Virus record (IMG/VR): IMGVR_UViG_3300030106_005509
Location: 64,001-128,000 of that record
DNA: 64,000 nt
Source: a virus
Direction: 5' to 3' (one strand)
Of this stretch, positions 19,381-29,456 are shown one piece after another (the first letter of the stretch is position 1; each line of letters starts with the position of its first letter). Under the pieces are notes generated by a model. It had not been told where the DNA came from, did no database searches, and worked only from the letters and a program-made list of their open reading frames with translations. A program made the translations under genes and the position numbers.

Positions 19381-19903
19381 TTAACTTCTCCATCTTAGAA
19401 GCTGGAACTATATAGTTTTTTGGTAGATACGGGCCATACTGCTTTTCTTGCTTGACTTCGTCAAACTTATCTCTTGTTATTTGACCTAGTACTTCTACCA
19501 CCTTATTTTTTATATCCCATCTGGTAAGGACATAAAGTTTTGGAGGGGTTCTTTGTTCGTATTCTTTTACTGTGATTTTCAGTTCTGGCTCCCCTCTACC
19601 CATGTAGGTTATCGTTTTAACCTCAACCCCATCGAAGTCTTGACCAGAATCTCGAACTGAATATATTTCTTCATCAACCTTTTGGTCTGTTGCTAGAGCG
19701 TATCCAAGCTCGCCAATAACACCAAGAAAATGAGCCATGTATTGTTTATCAACTTTAAACTCGGAAGACATCTCCTCCTTGCCATCATTCATAAACTTAG
19801 CAACGTCTTTGTTTCTAAACGATACATCTTTTGCGTCATGTCGCTTCATCGCAAGGTCTAAAGCGTAATCAAGTTGTTCGTGGTTCAATTTAAATTTTGT
19901 CAT
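19355..19903 (-). CDS. PD-(D/E)xK-like phage protein
   Basis: GVIGE, DSGQDF.GVEVKT. Confidence 0.5.
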   Translation of the reverse strand: MTKFKLNHEQLDYALDLAMKRHDAKDVSFRNKDVAKFMNDGKEEMSSEFKVDKQYMAHFLGVIGELGYALATDQKVDEEIYSVRDSGQDFDGVEVKTITYMGRGEPELKITVKEYEQRTPPKLYVLTRWDIKNKVVEVLGQITRDKFDEVKQEKQYGPYLPKNYIVPASKMEKLNENKSHAK

Positions 19904-20574
19904 TTGTCAAATCCATAAATCATTAGGCATTTACTATCTACTGGTATTCTTTTTCCGCCAAGAGACTCCAAAAGATCACAGCACAAATCTTTGTCTTGGT
20001 CTATCTCGAAGACAACCACAGGCTTCCATTTCTCTATCGTTCTCTTTGCACCTTTAAGTATCCTAAGCTCATGCCCTTGCGTGTCAATCTTTATTAACCC
20101 AACTTCATGAAAGTTGTGAGAATCTAATGCTCTGACATCGACTACATCTTCAGGGGTGAACTTGTTTCCTTTGATCTGGTCTGTGTAGACTATTTTGCAA
20201 TCGCCGCAATTTTTGACACCCAGAAGTAGATTTCCTTGAGTTTTCTTCTCGCCTAGACCATGACTGTAAAGACTTATGTTGTCTAAATTCTTTGTGTTTT
20301 CAATGAAGCACTCTCTGTTTTTTTCGGCTGGCTCGAAAGCTTCTACTTTGTCAAATTTTTCAGCAAGCGGCCTGCTCCATATACCTACATTACCACCAGC
20401 GTCAACAAACGTACCGAAGTTAGTAACGGCATCTAAAGCAGCCTTCCTCACTCTTCTTTCGTAGTAAAGATCTGTGTGAGTAGGATCAGAATCCTTCTTC
20501 TTTCTCTCGTTTATTTTTCTTGTTATAAGTTCGTCCCCGTCAGGAACGCACCACACGTCATTTATCCTGTGCAT
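19900..20574 (-). CDS. FkbM-family methyltransferase
   Basis: VDAGGNVGIW, AFEP, IKIDTQGHE..ILKGA..TI...KPVV.FE. Confidence 0.85.
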   Translation of the reverse strand: MHRINDVWCVPDGDELITRKINERKKKDSDPTHTDLYYERRVRKAALDAVTNFGTFVDAGGNVGIWSRPLAEKFDKVEAFEPAEKNRECFIENTKNLDNISLYSHGLGEKKTQGNLLLGVKNCGDCKIVYTDQIKGNKFTPEDVVDVRALDSHNFHEVGLIKIDTQGHELRILKGAKRTIEKWKPVVVFEIDQDKDLCCDLLESLGGKRIPVDSKCLMIYGFDK

Positions 20575-21538
20575 GTTTTAGATTACTCCTTAAATGATTC
20601 CAAGCAAGCCCTTGACGCATCTCTTCTAAAGACCATTCTGCGTAAGACATGTCGTAAACCCATTGATTTCTGCTAGGCTTTTCTGGGTCTTCTATCTTCT
20701 TTATTGTATGCCCTGCAACATCATAAGCTAAACAAATTGGATCTTCCGTTATGACAGGTATACCGTTAAAAGCAGCGTCAACAGCGCCGTTTGACGTTCT
20801 AGTCACAGCGCACCAAGCATTTTTTAAGTCTTCTTTGATGCTAACCTGTTTAGCGTCAGTTAGTTTTATATTATCGACTCCTTCTGGAGGTCGAATTCTA
20901 TTTCTTATCTCTTTATCGCCTATGGGATGTGTTCTAAAGACAATAGGTCTGTCAGTATACTCCCTAACCCTTTTGACTAGATTGTGATAGTAGTCTGTAG
21001 GATCAGTCCACATATTAGACATTGGGTCGCTTTCGGTTCCAACATGAGACAGGCCAGCGCCGTAATGTGTTTGACCTATGATCAAAACATGATCGCCAGA
21101 GTTGCGCCACTCTTTTATTCGTAACTTTCTCTTTTTAAACCTGTCGTTTGGGCTATTCTCGTTGTAAAAATTTGCACCCCTTTTGATGCCATCAACACCT
21201 ATTGAGTAATATCTCTCACTAGAGTCTCTATTTCTATCGTCGTCAAGAATCCCACAGTCCAGCATCACTCTTTGGCGACCAAGCTCTATCATTTTATTTT
21301 TTATGGCAACCCTCATGTAGCCTTCTTCTGCCATGCCATGAGGATCGGAGTGATAACAAAGAGATTCGTATCTTGTTACTTCAGCTATTTGAAACGATAC
21401 ATCGCATCTTTCAAGTTTATGCAGGTCACTTTTTGACTTTACAAGCTCAACGTGATCTCCAGAGCTAACGACCCCTTTAGTAAAGGACTCCATTATCTCA
21501 TCTGTTCTTCTTTTTGTGTAACATATAGCTACTTTCAT
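20558..21538 (-). CDS. KpsC/KpsS-like GT-B glycosyltransferase
   Basis: LIIGQ, IVFRTHP, AWCAVTRTSNGAVDA..GIPV, YAEWS..EM..G.AW. Confidence 0.7.
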   Translation of the reverse strand: MKVAICYTKRRTDEIMESFTKGVVSSGDHVELVKSKSDLHKLERCDVSFQIAEVTRYESLCYHSDPHGMAEEGYMRVAIKNKMIELGRQRVMLDCGILDDDRNRDSSERYYSIGVDGIKRGANFYNENSPNDRFKKRKLRIKEWRNSGDHVLIIGQTHYGAGLSHVGTESDPMSNMWTDPTDYYHNLVKRVREYTDRPIVFRTHPIGDKEIRNRIRPPEGVDNIKLTDAKQVSIKEDLKNAWCAVTRTSNGAVDAAFNGIPVITEDPICLAYDVAGHTIKKIEDPEKPSRNQWVYDMSYAEWSLEEMRQGLAWNHLRSNLKHAQDK

Positions 21539-22200
21539 TAGAGGTAACTCCTCCAAAGCTCAGCATAATCCACATCTTGCCAGTTATCAAACCAAGGACC
21601 ACCATTGGTAAAGTGAATCACAGCAGGCGGTGTTTCAGGCTTGTCGTACTCACCTTCTAGCCAGTTCCACTCTAGAGGTATCTCGCCTATCTCTTCATCA
21701 TTTAAAAATTGAAATCTATGCAGAAAAGCTCCCGACTCGCTACTTGCTATATCTTTTGTTAGGGCTTTATTAGAAGGATGAGAGCAATTCCATAATATGC
21801 AACTAGACCAGTTTTTTCTTGGGTAAGAAACTTGCTTTTGACCATCCATTTTTACAGCGTTTCTAGGCACATAGTCATGTTTAACGCACATTAGTGCGTA
21901 TTTGTCGTCTGCCATGGCGAACAACTCAGCTACGTCTTTCGTGAATAAAAAGTCACAGTCTATGAATAATGCCCAGCCGTTGTAATCTGCTAGATATGGA
22001 GTCAGAAACCTAGTGTAAGTAAACTCCACAGAACCAGCTTCTGGTTGTGGCCTGTAATACTCTCCGGTCTCAATAAGCGTCTCTCTAACAATCGGTGTGA
22101 TATCAAGCTCTTGCGATGCGTGTTCTTTTAGGGATTTAACACAGACATTGTAAGCGTCTGTTTCTCTGCTGTCCCATCCAATAAAAACTTTAAGTGTCAT
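21538..22200 (-). CDS. CDI-like GT-A (GT8-related) glycosyltransferase
   Basis: VFIGWDSRE, EFTYTRFLTP, FIDCDFL, YPRKNWSS, HFTNGGPW. Confidence 0.8.
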   Translation of the reverse strand: MTLKVFIGWDSRETDAYNVCVKSLKEHASQELDITPIVRETLIETGEYYRPQPEAGSVEFTYTRFLTPYLADYNGWALFIDCDFLFTKDVAELFAMADDKYALMCVKHDYVPRNAVKMDGQKQVSYPRKNWSSCILWNCSHPSNKALTKDIASSESGAFLHRFQFLNDEEIGEIPLEWNWLEGEYDKPETPPAVIHFTNGGPWFDNWQDVDYAELWRSYL

Positions 22201-23566
22201 TTAGAAATACCTCTAAGTCTTCTGGCGTTCCAAGACCCCACATTTTGTCGATGTCGAACACCTTTATTTTTTTCTTATCTTCTATAGCTTCGTTAAATAC
22301 AGGGCAGACATAAAACTCATTGTTTACCCGCTTGTCTTTTGTAATCATTTCCTCGGCATATTTTACATAGTCGCTACCTTTAGACCAGTAATACACACCT
22401 ACCGTAGCCTTGTTGCTGATGGGTTTCTTTTCAGCAACTTCGGAAACAAACCCGTCGTCATCAAGTTTAGCAAAGCTCCACTTTGGATGAACCGACTCAA
22501 AAGTTAAGATTCCGCCGTCTACACCTGAAGCTTGCATGGAATACAAGAATTCATTGCTGTTCCAGTCAATAAACTGATCGGAATTTGCTGTTAAAAGCGG
22601 CTCGTCGTTGTTGATGAATTCTTTTGCCAACAATGTTGTACAAGCCGCACCTTCAGTTACTCCATCAACTTGAACTATCTCGCAATTAGGAGCTATTAAG
22701 TTAAGTAGATACTGAAGATTGTATTTTTCGTAGTGGCTTTTTTGGACTATGAATATGTGTTGAGCATCAATGTTCAAATTTTCAACGACAACCTGTATCA
22801 TCGGCTTGCCATTGACTTCAATAAGCGGCTTAGGAAAGGTGTATCCCGCTTTTTCAAAGCGAGAGCCAGCCCCAGCCATTGGTATCAAAACTTTCATATT
22901 TCCACCCTGCCATTTGGGTCTTATCGGTTTATGCTTACATTCAGCTTTTTCTATAGCTTTATGTATGTTATCTAATCTTACGTCTTCTAGACCTTTTACG
23001 CCTAAAACATTTCCTCCAGATTTTGCAGCCGCCTCTCTACCTATATGAGAGTCCTCTATAATAAGACATTCTTCTGGGTTGACTCCAGCATGTACCATGC
23101 ATTTTAAGTATATTTCAGAGTGTGGCTTTGGGTTTTTTACGTCTTCGTTAGAAAAGTACTCATCTATGTATTCTAAGTAACCTGCTTTTAAAAGCATTAG
23201 CTTTACACTAGACCTTATTGAGTTTGATGCGCAATATATTTTATATCCTTCACTACTAAGTCTTCTTAATACCATGCATATACCAGCGTGTGCAGTAGGA
23301 CTAACTACATCTGATATTACTTTCTGTGTGCATTTTTGTTTTTCTTGCCAAACTTCTTCATGTATATCAGTAGGTAGCCCTTTTTCTTTAGATAGCTTAG
23401 CCAGTTTTTTGCTTGTAGGAAGTCCGTCGTAAGAAGAGAGATGTTCTTCTAGTGATATTACATACTCCTCTCCAAACTTAGACAAGGCTCTATTAAGAGC
23501 TTCGTAATGTATGTTTCTGGCTTCAACTAATACGCCATCAAGATCAAATATTACAAGTTTTATCAT
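22190..23566 (-). CDS. Fusion: HAD phosphatase + sugar-phosphate nucleotidyltransferase
   Basis: FDLDGVL, KPHSEIY, IIEDS; then IPMAGAGSRF...PKPLI, TEGAACT, EKKPIS, LGTPEDL. Confidence 0.85.
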   Translation of the reverse strand: MIKLVIFDLDGVLVEARNIHYEALNRALSKFGEEYVISLEEHLSSYDGLPTSKKLAKLSKEKGLPTDIHEEVWQEKQKCTQKVISDVVSPTAHAGICMVLRRLSSEGYKIYCASNSIRSSVKLMLLKAGYLEYIDEYFSNEDVKNPKPHSEIYLKCMVHAGVNPEECLIIEDSHIGREAAAKSGGNVLGVKGLEDVRLDNIHKAIEKAECKHKPIRPKWQGGNMKVLIPMAGAGSRFEKAGYTFPKPLIEVNGKPMIQVVVENLNIDAQHIFIVQKSHYEKYNLQYLLNLIAPNCEIVQVDGVTEGAACTTLLAKEFINNDEPLLTANSDQFIDWNSNEFLYSMQASGVDGGILTFESVHPKWSFAKLDDDGFVSEVAEKKPISNKATVGVYYWSKGSDYVKYAEEMITKDKRVNNEFYVCPVFNEAIEDKKKIKVFDIDKMWGLGTPEDLEVFLNDT

Positions 23567-24228
23567 GCGTATTGTCTACCTCTTAGTAGCATTGGAAAAT
23601 CTATTCTTTCTACCGGTAGGTTATTGTAACTAATATGGTATTTCAGTATGTATTCAGGATGTATTGTAATATTGTTTCGTGCATAGTGTCTTATATGATT
23701 ATAAACAGAATTATAAAAATTCATATAGTAAGGAGAGCTAAAGGCTAACGAGTCTTGATAGCCACCTCTACCATCAAGTCCGTATGGTATAACAAGATTG
23801 CTGTAAGCAAGTTCTATCTCTTCTTGAGTTATGGCTCTTTCGTACTCTATCTCAGTTCTACACCTAAAAACAACATCGTATTTTTCATTGTTTACCTGCT
23901 CAAAACACTTCATGTTCGTATAGAACATGCACATCATTCTTTCAGCGCTTGTCTCTGGGGACTTTGTAGGAAAGTCAAAACTCTTTCCACTTAAAAATTC
24001 ATCACAATCCTCAAGAACGATTGATTTTGGCTTATAAGAATCTATAAATTCTTCTACAGTTCCATCTTCAGAGAACCGGCTAGTCACACTATTTTGCTTT
24101 TGTTTTTCAAAATCCCAACCATAGACAAACAAGTCTGCGTTTGTAGGCTCTATTATGTTTTTGAAGAGAGAGTCTCTGCTCTTCTTAAAACTTCTTAGCT
24201 GTCCAGATAGGCAAACTGCGACTTTCAT
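23563..24228 (-). CDS. Glycosyltransferase-like protein (MKVAVCLSGQLR family)
   Basis: N-terminal CLSGQ.R, YDVVFRCRTE, HPE.IL. Confidence 0.6.
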   Translation of the reverse strand: MKVAVCLSGQLRSFKKSRDSLFKNIIEPTNADLFVYGWDFEKQKQNSVTSRFSEDGTVEEFIDSYKPKSIVLEDCDEFLSGKSFDFPTKSPETSAERMMCMFYTNMKCFEQVNNEKYDVVFRCRTEIEYERAITQEEIELAYSNLVIPYGLDGRGGYQDSLAFSSPYYMNFYNSVYNHIRHYARNNITIHPEYILKYHISYNNLPVERIDFPMLLRGRQYA

Positions 24229-24932
24229 AGTTTCTTTCTTTCCAATCTATTTTGTTCACAGTTACTAAACAGCCCTTTGTCATGAATGACTTTAGGCATG
24301 ACGTAGTAAGTTTTCATTTCTTTATGTAGATCTCTATTTAGTTGAGAGTCTATCGGGTTCACAGGCTCAAGCCCTATTAGCTTATCAAGCATTGTGTGAT
24401 TGATTATAACGCCGTGCATACCGCCACATGTAAAGTGAGCCTCGGATACAATCCCAACACCTATATGTCCATGCTCAGAGTACATTCTTTCTACAGTTTC
24501 GTTCCAAGCATCATCTGCTTCGCCTATCCACCAGCCTAGAAACAACATGTCAAAATCTAAATTTTCAAAGTCAACTATATAGTTGCCAAGTCTTGACATA
24601 ACATCGTCAAATCTTTCGGTAAAGTAAGCGTCATCTTCTAGCATCAAAAATCTTTTGACGCCCTCTTCCTTCATCTTCTTAAAAATTTCTATGTGAGACA
24701 TGAAAGCATTGTAATGTCTTATCTTTGTTGTATCATTGCCATAGCCCCACTCAGACATGTCTGCCGATTCGTCATCAATTCTGTCGTATTCTTCGTTGTT
24801 TAGTAGGTTTCCTTCGCCCACAACATAAGGCTCAAAGTCTATGCCTTTTGATTCACATTGCTTTCTAAGATCTTCCCACTCATCTTTCCGCTTGTCTAAA
24901 CAAAGACAGACAGCTTTTTCTATTCCGAGCAT
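24225..24932 (-). CDS. GT25-like glycosyltransferase
   Basis: LCLDKRKD, SH..I, LMLEDD, PIDSQL. Confidence 0.7.
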   Translation of the reverse strand: MLGIEKAVCLCLDKRKDEWEDLRKQCESKGIDFEPYVVGEGNLLNNEEYDRIDDESADMSEWGYGNDTTKIRHYNAFMSHIEIFKKMKEEGVKRFLMLEDDAYFTERFDDVMSRLGNYIVDFENLDFDMLFLGWWIGEADDAWNETVERMYSEHGHIGVGIVSEAHFTCGGMHGVIINHTMLDKLIGLEPVNPIDSQLNRDLHKEMKTYYVMPKVIHDKGLFSNCEQNRLERKKL

Positions 24933-25972
24933 TTTTTCATCTCTTCCAATAAATACTTTGCCATTGATTCTGTAGTCAAATACTTTTCGGTGTAATCTCT
25001 AAACTCTTGGCATAAATTAAAATATTCAATTGTATTGAAATTTGAATGGTCTATATACCCTCTAGCTGCACCGTCTTGTATTTTTCTAGATGTTCCTATA
25101 TACGTGTCTTTGTCTTGGTCAAAAGGGTCTTTAGTTCCGGGGAATACCCCGTAAACCTTTTTGGCTTTTACGCAAAGATCTTTTGGAAATCTAAACATGC
25201 TTTTCTCAGGGCATTTTTCTATATCTGTAAAGTACGGCACTGAACCAGCGGCTAGTATTTCATAATGTCTCATACAATCCCAAGACTCTTCGATTACATC
25301 TTCTCTACCCTTCTTGCACGTAAAAGAAAAGTAGCTTTTAGAATACATTTTGTAGTAATCGTCTTCATTGTCGTATATATATGACTTCATGTGAGGGTCG
25401 TCGAAATGTCCATATGCAGGAACAAGAGGTGCAAAGTCAAACTCTTTGATCCTCTCTATCGGTCTTATTTTCTCTTTTGGTAAAGAGAAGGATATAGGTA
25501 TAGCACCTTCACTTTCAGGCCCTATCTCTCTTTTAAAGAATGGAAGCATAGATATTAGTGATTTATCTGTCTTTGGTCTGTCCCAGCCGTCTATTAAGCA
25601 AACCCTATTTGAGGGGAACTTATCTATGACTTTAGATATTACTTCTTTTATCGTTTGCCAGTCTTGAACAATAGTGTGATGAAGCGGGCATATGATGTAA
25701 TCAAAGTATTGATTTACTATCTTGCTACCTATATCGTCTCTGTCTATTTCAATTTCTGGAAGAAGTCCGTAGGTAGTAAACCCCTTTCCCCATAGCTTGC
25801 TAAGCTTTTCTTTAGGTGCGTCTTTATAAAGATGCCACATCCTGTAGCCGTCTACTAGGTCTTCACCAAGAATTGATCTAAGCCCATGAAACAGAGTGTC
25901 AGTCAGATAATCTCCTGCCTGAACTGAGTCTACAGCGTGGTGTTGTATCAGAGGGTAGTATAGAACTTTCAT
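24920..25972 (-). CDS. GT-B-like glycosyltransferase
   Basis: DYL.D.LFHGLR, IDGWD, FKRE, WDCMRHYEILA.G.VP. Confidence 0.6.
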   Translation of the reverse strand: MKVLYYPLIQHHAVDSVQAGDYLTDTLFHGLRSILGEDLVDGYRMWHLYKDAPKEKLSKLWGKGFTTYGLLPEIEIDRDDIGSKIVNQYFDYIICPLHHTIVQDWQTIKEVISKVIDKFPSNRVCLIDGWDRPKTDKSLISMLPFFKREIGPESEGAIPISFSLPKEKIRPIERIKEFDFAPLVPAYGHFDDPHMKSYIYDNEDDYYKMYSKSYFSFTCKKGREDVIEESWDCMRHYEILAAGSVPYFTDIEKCPEKSMFRFPKDLCVKAKKVYGVFPGTKDPFDQDKDTYIGTSRKIQDGAARGYIDHSNFNTIEYFNLCQEFRDYTEKYLTTESMAKYLLEEMKKCSE

Positions 25973-26919
25973 TTTGCATTTCTAACAACGTCAAAGATTA
26001 CATCTTTTGATTTTGGAAACTTTGGTATCCAGCCAACAGACTTTAGTAGCTCGTTACTAGCTCTAATTACTCTATTGTCACCCTTCCAGTTTGCTTCTTC
26101 TCCAAGCCACTTAATTGGCTTCTGTATTTCCAAAGCGTCCATCGCAGCCTCTGCCACTTCCTCTACAGTGATTGAGTCATCGGGGACAACATTGAAAATT
26201 TTATTTTCCGTATTTTGCATCCCAAGCATCATCAATGCTTCTACAGCATCTTCTATATGACAAAACGGCTTGGTAGATCCCGGATAAGAACCTAAAGCTT
26301 CTAGGTTTGGATTGTCGCTCTTAATTTTTCTGATAAAGTCTTTTACTATTCCGTGAGTTAAACCTGAACCCACAGTGGCGCACAACCTTGCCGATACTCC
26401 ATCTATTTTGCCTGAATTAGTATACGATTGAATTATGCTCTCAGAAGCTCTTTTAGTCATTCCATAAATTGACGTAGGCTTACAAGCGGCGTACTCCTTG
26501 TATTCTCTGTCGGGGTTTGAAGAATTGTAAACCCAATCACCATAGACTATAACGGAAGAAGCTAAAACAACCTTGCATCCTTCAGGTGCGTAATGAGCTA
26601 CTTTCTGTGTGCTTATAGTATTGTCTAAGATAATCCCGTGTGGATTGTCATCGTCTGGTTTTACTACAGCGTTGCTTGCCAAATGAAATATCAAATCAGG
26701 ACTGTGTTGCCTACAGATGTTTTCAAACATGTAGTAGCTATCTTTCGACCTGTCTACTTCGCCAAGATCAAGAGCGTAGTGAGTGCTTAGTTTAACATCT
26801 TTTTTGTTTCTGATTACAGGTCTTCTAGAAACCGTAATAAGCTCATGACCCAGAAGTTTAAGCTTGAGGGTTAGATGTCTCCCTATAAATCCTGTAGCGC
26901 CTGTGATAAGTATCTTCAT
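25969..26919 (-). CDS. NAD-dependent epimerase (UDP-sugar 4-epimerase-like)
   Basis: TGATGFIG, HLAS, ASS..VYG, YGMTK, THGIV.DF, WKGD. Start at the ATGA overlap. Confidence 0.85.
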   Translation of the reverse strand: MKILITGATGFIGRHLTLKLKLLGHELITVSRRPVIRNKKDVKLSTHYALDLGEVDRSKDSYYMFENICRQHSPDLIFHLASNAVVKPDDDNPHGIILDNTISTQKVAHYAPEGCKVVLASSVIVYGDWVYNSSNPDREYKEYAACKPTSIYGMTKRASESIIQSYTNSGKIDGVSARLCATVGSGLTHGIVKDFIRKIKSDNPNLEALGSYPGSTKPFCHIEDAVEALMMLGMQNTENKIFNVVPDDSITVEEVAEAAMDALEIQKPIKWLGEEANWKGDNRVIRASNELLKSVGWIPKFPKSKDVIFDVVRNAK

Positions 26920-27962
26920 TCTTCTATCATCTTCTCTAAAGCTTCCAGACACTTTTCAGCTTGCTCTGGCATCTGCAATTCGTTAAATAGATCGGCTATT
27001 CTGTGAAAATAAGTATGGTTTCTTAAAACCGACTCGTACCCTCTTTGTATGTACGGGAGTCTTTCCTCTGGATTATTGACGTAGTATGAAACCAGCTTTT
27101 CAAATTCTTCTGGAGTTTTTGCGAACACTAATTCTTCGTTTGTGAATACGTCATTCGCCATAGATTCTACATAATCTGAGATACAAAATCCACCACTCAT
27201 CAAGATCTTAAAAGGTCTTTCTATAATATCGTAGCCAAAATCTTGAGAATGTGGCTCGCTGACGTTTGGGCAGACAAGAGAAGATCTAAAAGCGTGTTTT
27301 ACGTTTTCATTTGAGATATGTCCGCAGTACTGAACGACAGGCCAAGAAGATCCGCCAAATATTTTTATATTGAATTTACCTACTGGATTGCACAGCCTAA
27401 TCATGTACGGGTCTAGTCTTTCAGCTTTGTAAGGCCAGTAGCCGCCAATAAAAGTCACATCCGACTTCAAATTGTCTATGACTCCAGAACCAGCATAGTC
27501 AAATACATCGGCCCCATGCATCATAGATACGACTTTAACACCAATCATTTCCCATCTATTGTGGGTGGCTTTCATCCATTTGTCATGATAATGGTTGTGA
27601 ACAAAGTCGGGCTTATCACATTCTCTCTTCAGTCTTTCAACCCATATTGACTCTTCTTTGTTAGCAACCAATATTGGGTATCTGTCTGTGTCTATTTCAT
27701 TCTGCATGTCTCCCCAGTCTGATGCTCGCATCACAACCTTCATCTCTGGGCGTTCTTTTATACAGTTGAATAGAGACCTGTCTAAATTGTAAGTTTGACC
27801 CATGAATATGTCTGGTTCTACTTCATCAAATGCATCGTAAGCAGATTTAGTAGATATATCCCATATAACCACTTGGTGACCTATAGCTTGAAATACTTTA
27901 GCCCAGCCTAGACGTATATAATAATGAGCATGAGGCCCATCGCTTGAAATCATTATTCTCAT
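26916..27962 (-). CDS. CgeB/Glyco_trans_1_2-type glycosyltransferase
   Basis: DVTFIGG, CPNVSE, ERPFKIL..GGF.ISD, NHTYFHR. Confidence 0.75.
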   Translation of the reverse strand: MRIMISSDGPHAHYYIRLGWAKVFQAIGHQVVIWDISTKSAYDAFDEVEPDIFMGQTYNLDRSLFNCIKERPEMKVVMRASDWGDMQNEIDTDRYPILVANKEESIWVERLKRECDKPDFVHNHYHDKWMKATHNRWEMIGVKVVSMMHGADVFDYAGSGVIDNLKSDVTFIGGYWPYKAERLDPYMIRLCNPVGKFNIKIFGGSSWPVVQYCGHISNENVKHAFRSSLVCPNVSEPHSQDFGYDIIERPFKILMSGGFCISDYVESMANDVFTNEELVFAKTPEEFEKLVSYYVNNPEERLPYIQRGYESVLRNHTYFHRIADLFNELQMPEQAEKCLEALEKMIEE

Positions 27963-28678
27963 TTTTTAAGATCCTTAAGAGAGTCTATCTCTTTTATATT
28001 CATGTTCTTAGGCTCAAAAGATTTCAACATCCCTCCAGATCTCATGACAATATTGAAAAGCTCAAAAGGGTACATTTTAGACTTGGTCTTATCTTGACAT
28101 AGACTACTGAAGCTTTCATATTCTTCACCTTCGAGATACGCTATGTGGCACCATTTAGAGTCTAAGCCGTAAGCAAAGTTTGTCGCCACACCATCGACAA
28201 CAGTCACTCCTATTTCCTCGTCATCAAACCTGTTTTTCTTATCAACCAAAACGCAAGACCCGTTTTTGGTCATTCCCTGTATGCAATTTATATTAAAGAT
28301 TAAATCGCCATATATGATTAAAGCATTGTCATTTATAGAGTTGTTTATACCTAGTCTTATGCTTTCGACAATATTTGTCTCTTCGTAAGAATGATTCTCT
28401 ACTATTCTCACTCTTCTGTCTAAAGTTTTTATTATTCGTTCTGACTCAAAACCGACAACCACTATTATGTCGCAAAATTCATAGCTCTTTCTGACATTGC
28501 TAATTATCTTGTCTATTATTGTGTTTGTTTGATTTACAGGCAGCAAGCATTTAGGGCCATAGGATTTCATTCTATGACCCATTCCAGCAGCGGGTATTAT
28601 AACCGTCAACTGCTTATCAGCATCTTTGCCCGCCCCATTGTCTTTTGTGGAGCTTGTAAATCTATTGTACTTTCGCAT
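27959..28678 (-). CDS. LicC-like nucleotidyltransferase
   Basis: IIPAAGMGHRM...PKCLL, VVGF, TN..ES, IIYGDL, EID...DL. Confidence 0.8.
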   Translation of the reverse strand: MRKYNRFTSSTKDNGAGKDADKQLTVIIPAAGMGHRMKSYGPKCLLPVNQTNTIIDKIISNVRKSYEFCDIIVVVGFESERIIKTLDRRVRIVENHSYEETNIVESIRLGINNSINDNALIIYGDLIFNINCIQGMTKNGSCVLVDKKNRFDDEEIGVTVVDGVATNFAYGLDSKWCHIAYLEGEEYESFSSLCQDKTKSKMYPFELFNIVMRSGGMLKSFEPKNMNIKEIDSLKDLKK

Positions 28679-29456
28679 TTAGCCTTTCATGAAGCTTGTC
28701 CATAACCCTGCCCCAGTTACGCTCCCAGATTCTTTTTTCAACCACAAAACTAGAATTTTCACCATCTGTCCTAACCATAGTTAAGCATTTAGGTACATGC
28801 TGAATAACAAACTTTTCACTTATTCTCATCCAAAGATCATAATCCTCACAAGTTCTCATGGTTACGTCGTAGTAACCAGTAGACTCCTCTGTAGCAACAA
28901 ATGCTTTTTTATTAATAATGCTTCCGCTATGAACTATGCACTCCTCAAGAAGTCTTCTTCTACTGTAAGGCTCTTTATATTCTCGTATGATCTTGCCCGT
29001 ATTCAAATGATGGTTCTCGTAGTCTCCATAAACAACGCCTATAGATTGCATGTCTTGTTTCATTACGTCAACCAGCGAGCTAATTTTGTTAGGAAACATT
29101 TCATCATCAGCATCTAATACCGCATATATATCCGTGTCGTGGAGTGTGTATCTAATTCCTATATTTCTAGCGGAGCTTGGCCCTCCGTTTGCTGTGTTTA
29201 TCGCTACAATCTTGGTGTCAGTATAAAGGTCTTGAGGCCACTTTATTAAAACATCACTATTCTCAAAACAGTCTTTAGCTGGACTATTTATATTTTGCGA
29301 TATCACATCCCAAGAATCATCTGTAGAGCCATCGTTTATAACGCATATGGTCAATGGCCCTTTGTAGTCCTGCTTTAAGCAGCTATCTATAGCTCCCTGT
29401 ATATAATGTGAATCATTGTAACAGGCAAGTATTACGGTTACTCTAAGTTCTTCCAT
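28662..29456 (-). CDS. GT2 glycosyltransferase
   Basis: CYN, INDGSTD, NGGPSSARN.G, LDADD, EDYDLW.R. Confidence 0.9.
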   Translation of the reverse strand: MEELRVTVILACYNDSHYIQGAIDSCLKQDYKGPLTICVINDGSTDDSWDVISQNINSPAKDCFENSDVLIKWPQDLYTDTKIVAINTANGGPSSARNIGIRYTLHDTDIYAVLDADDEMFPNKISSLVDVMKQDMQSIGVVYGDYENHHLNTGKIIREYKEPYSRRRLLEECIVHSGSIINKKAFVATEESTGYYDVTMRTCEDYDLWMRISEKFVIQHVPKCLTMVRTDGENSSFVVEKRIWERNWGRVMDKLHERLNAKVQ

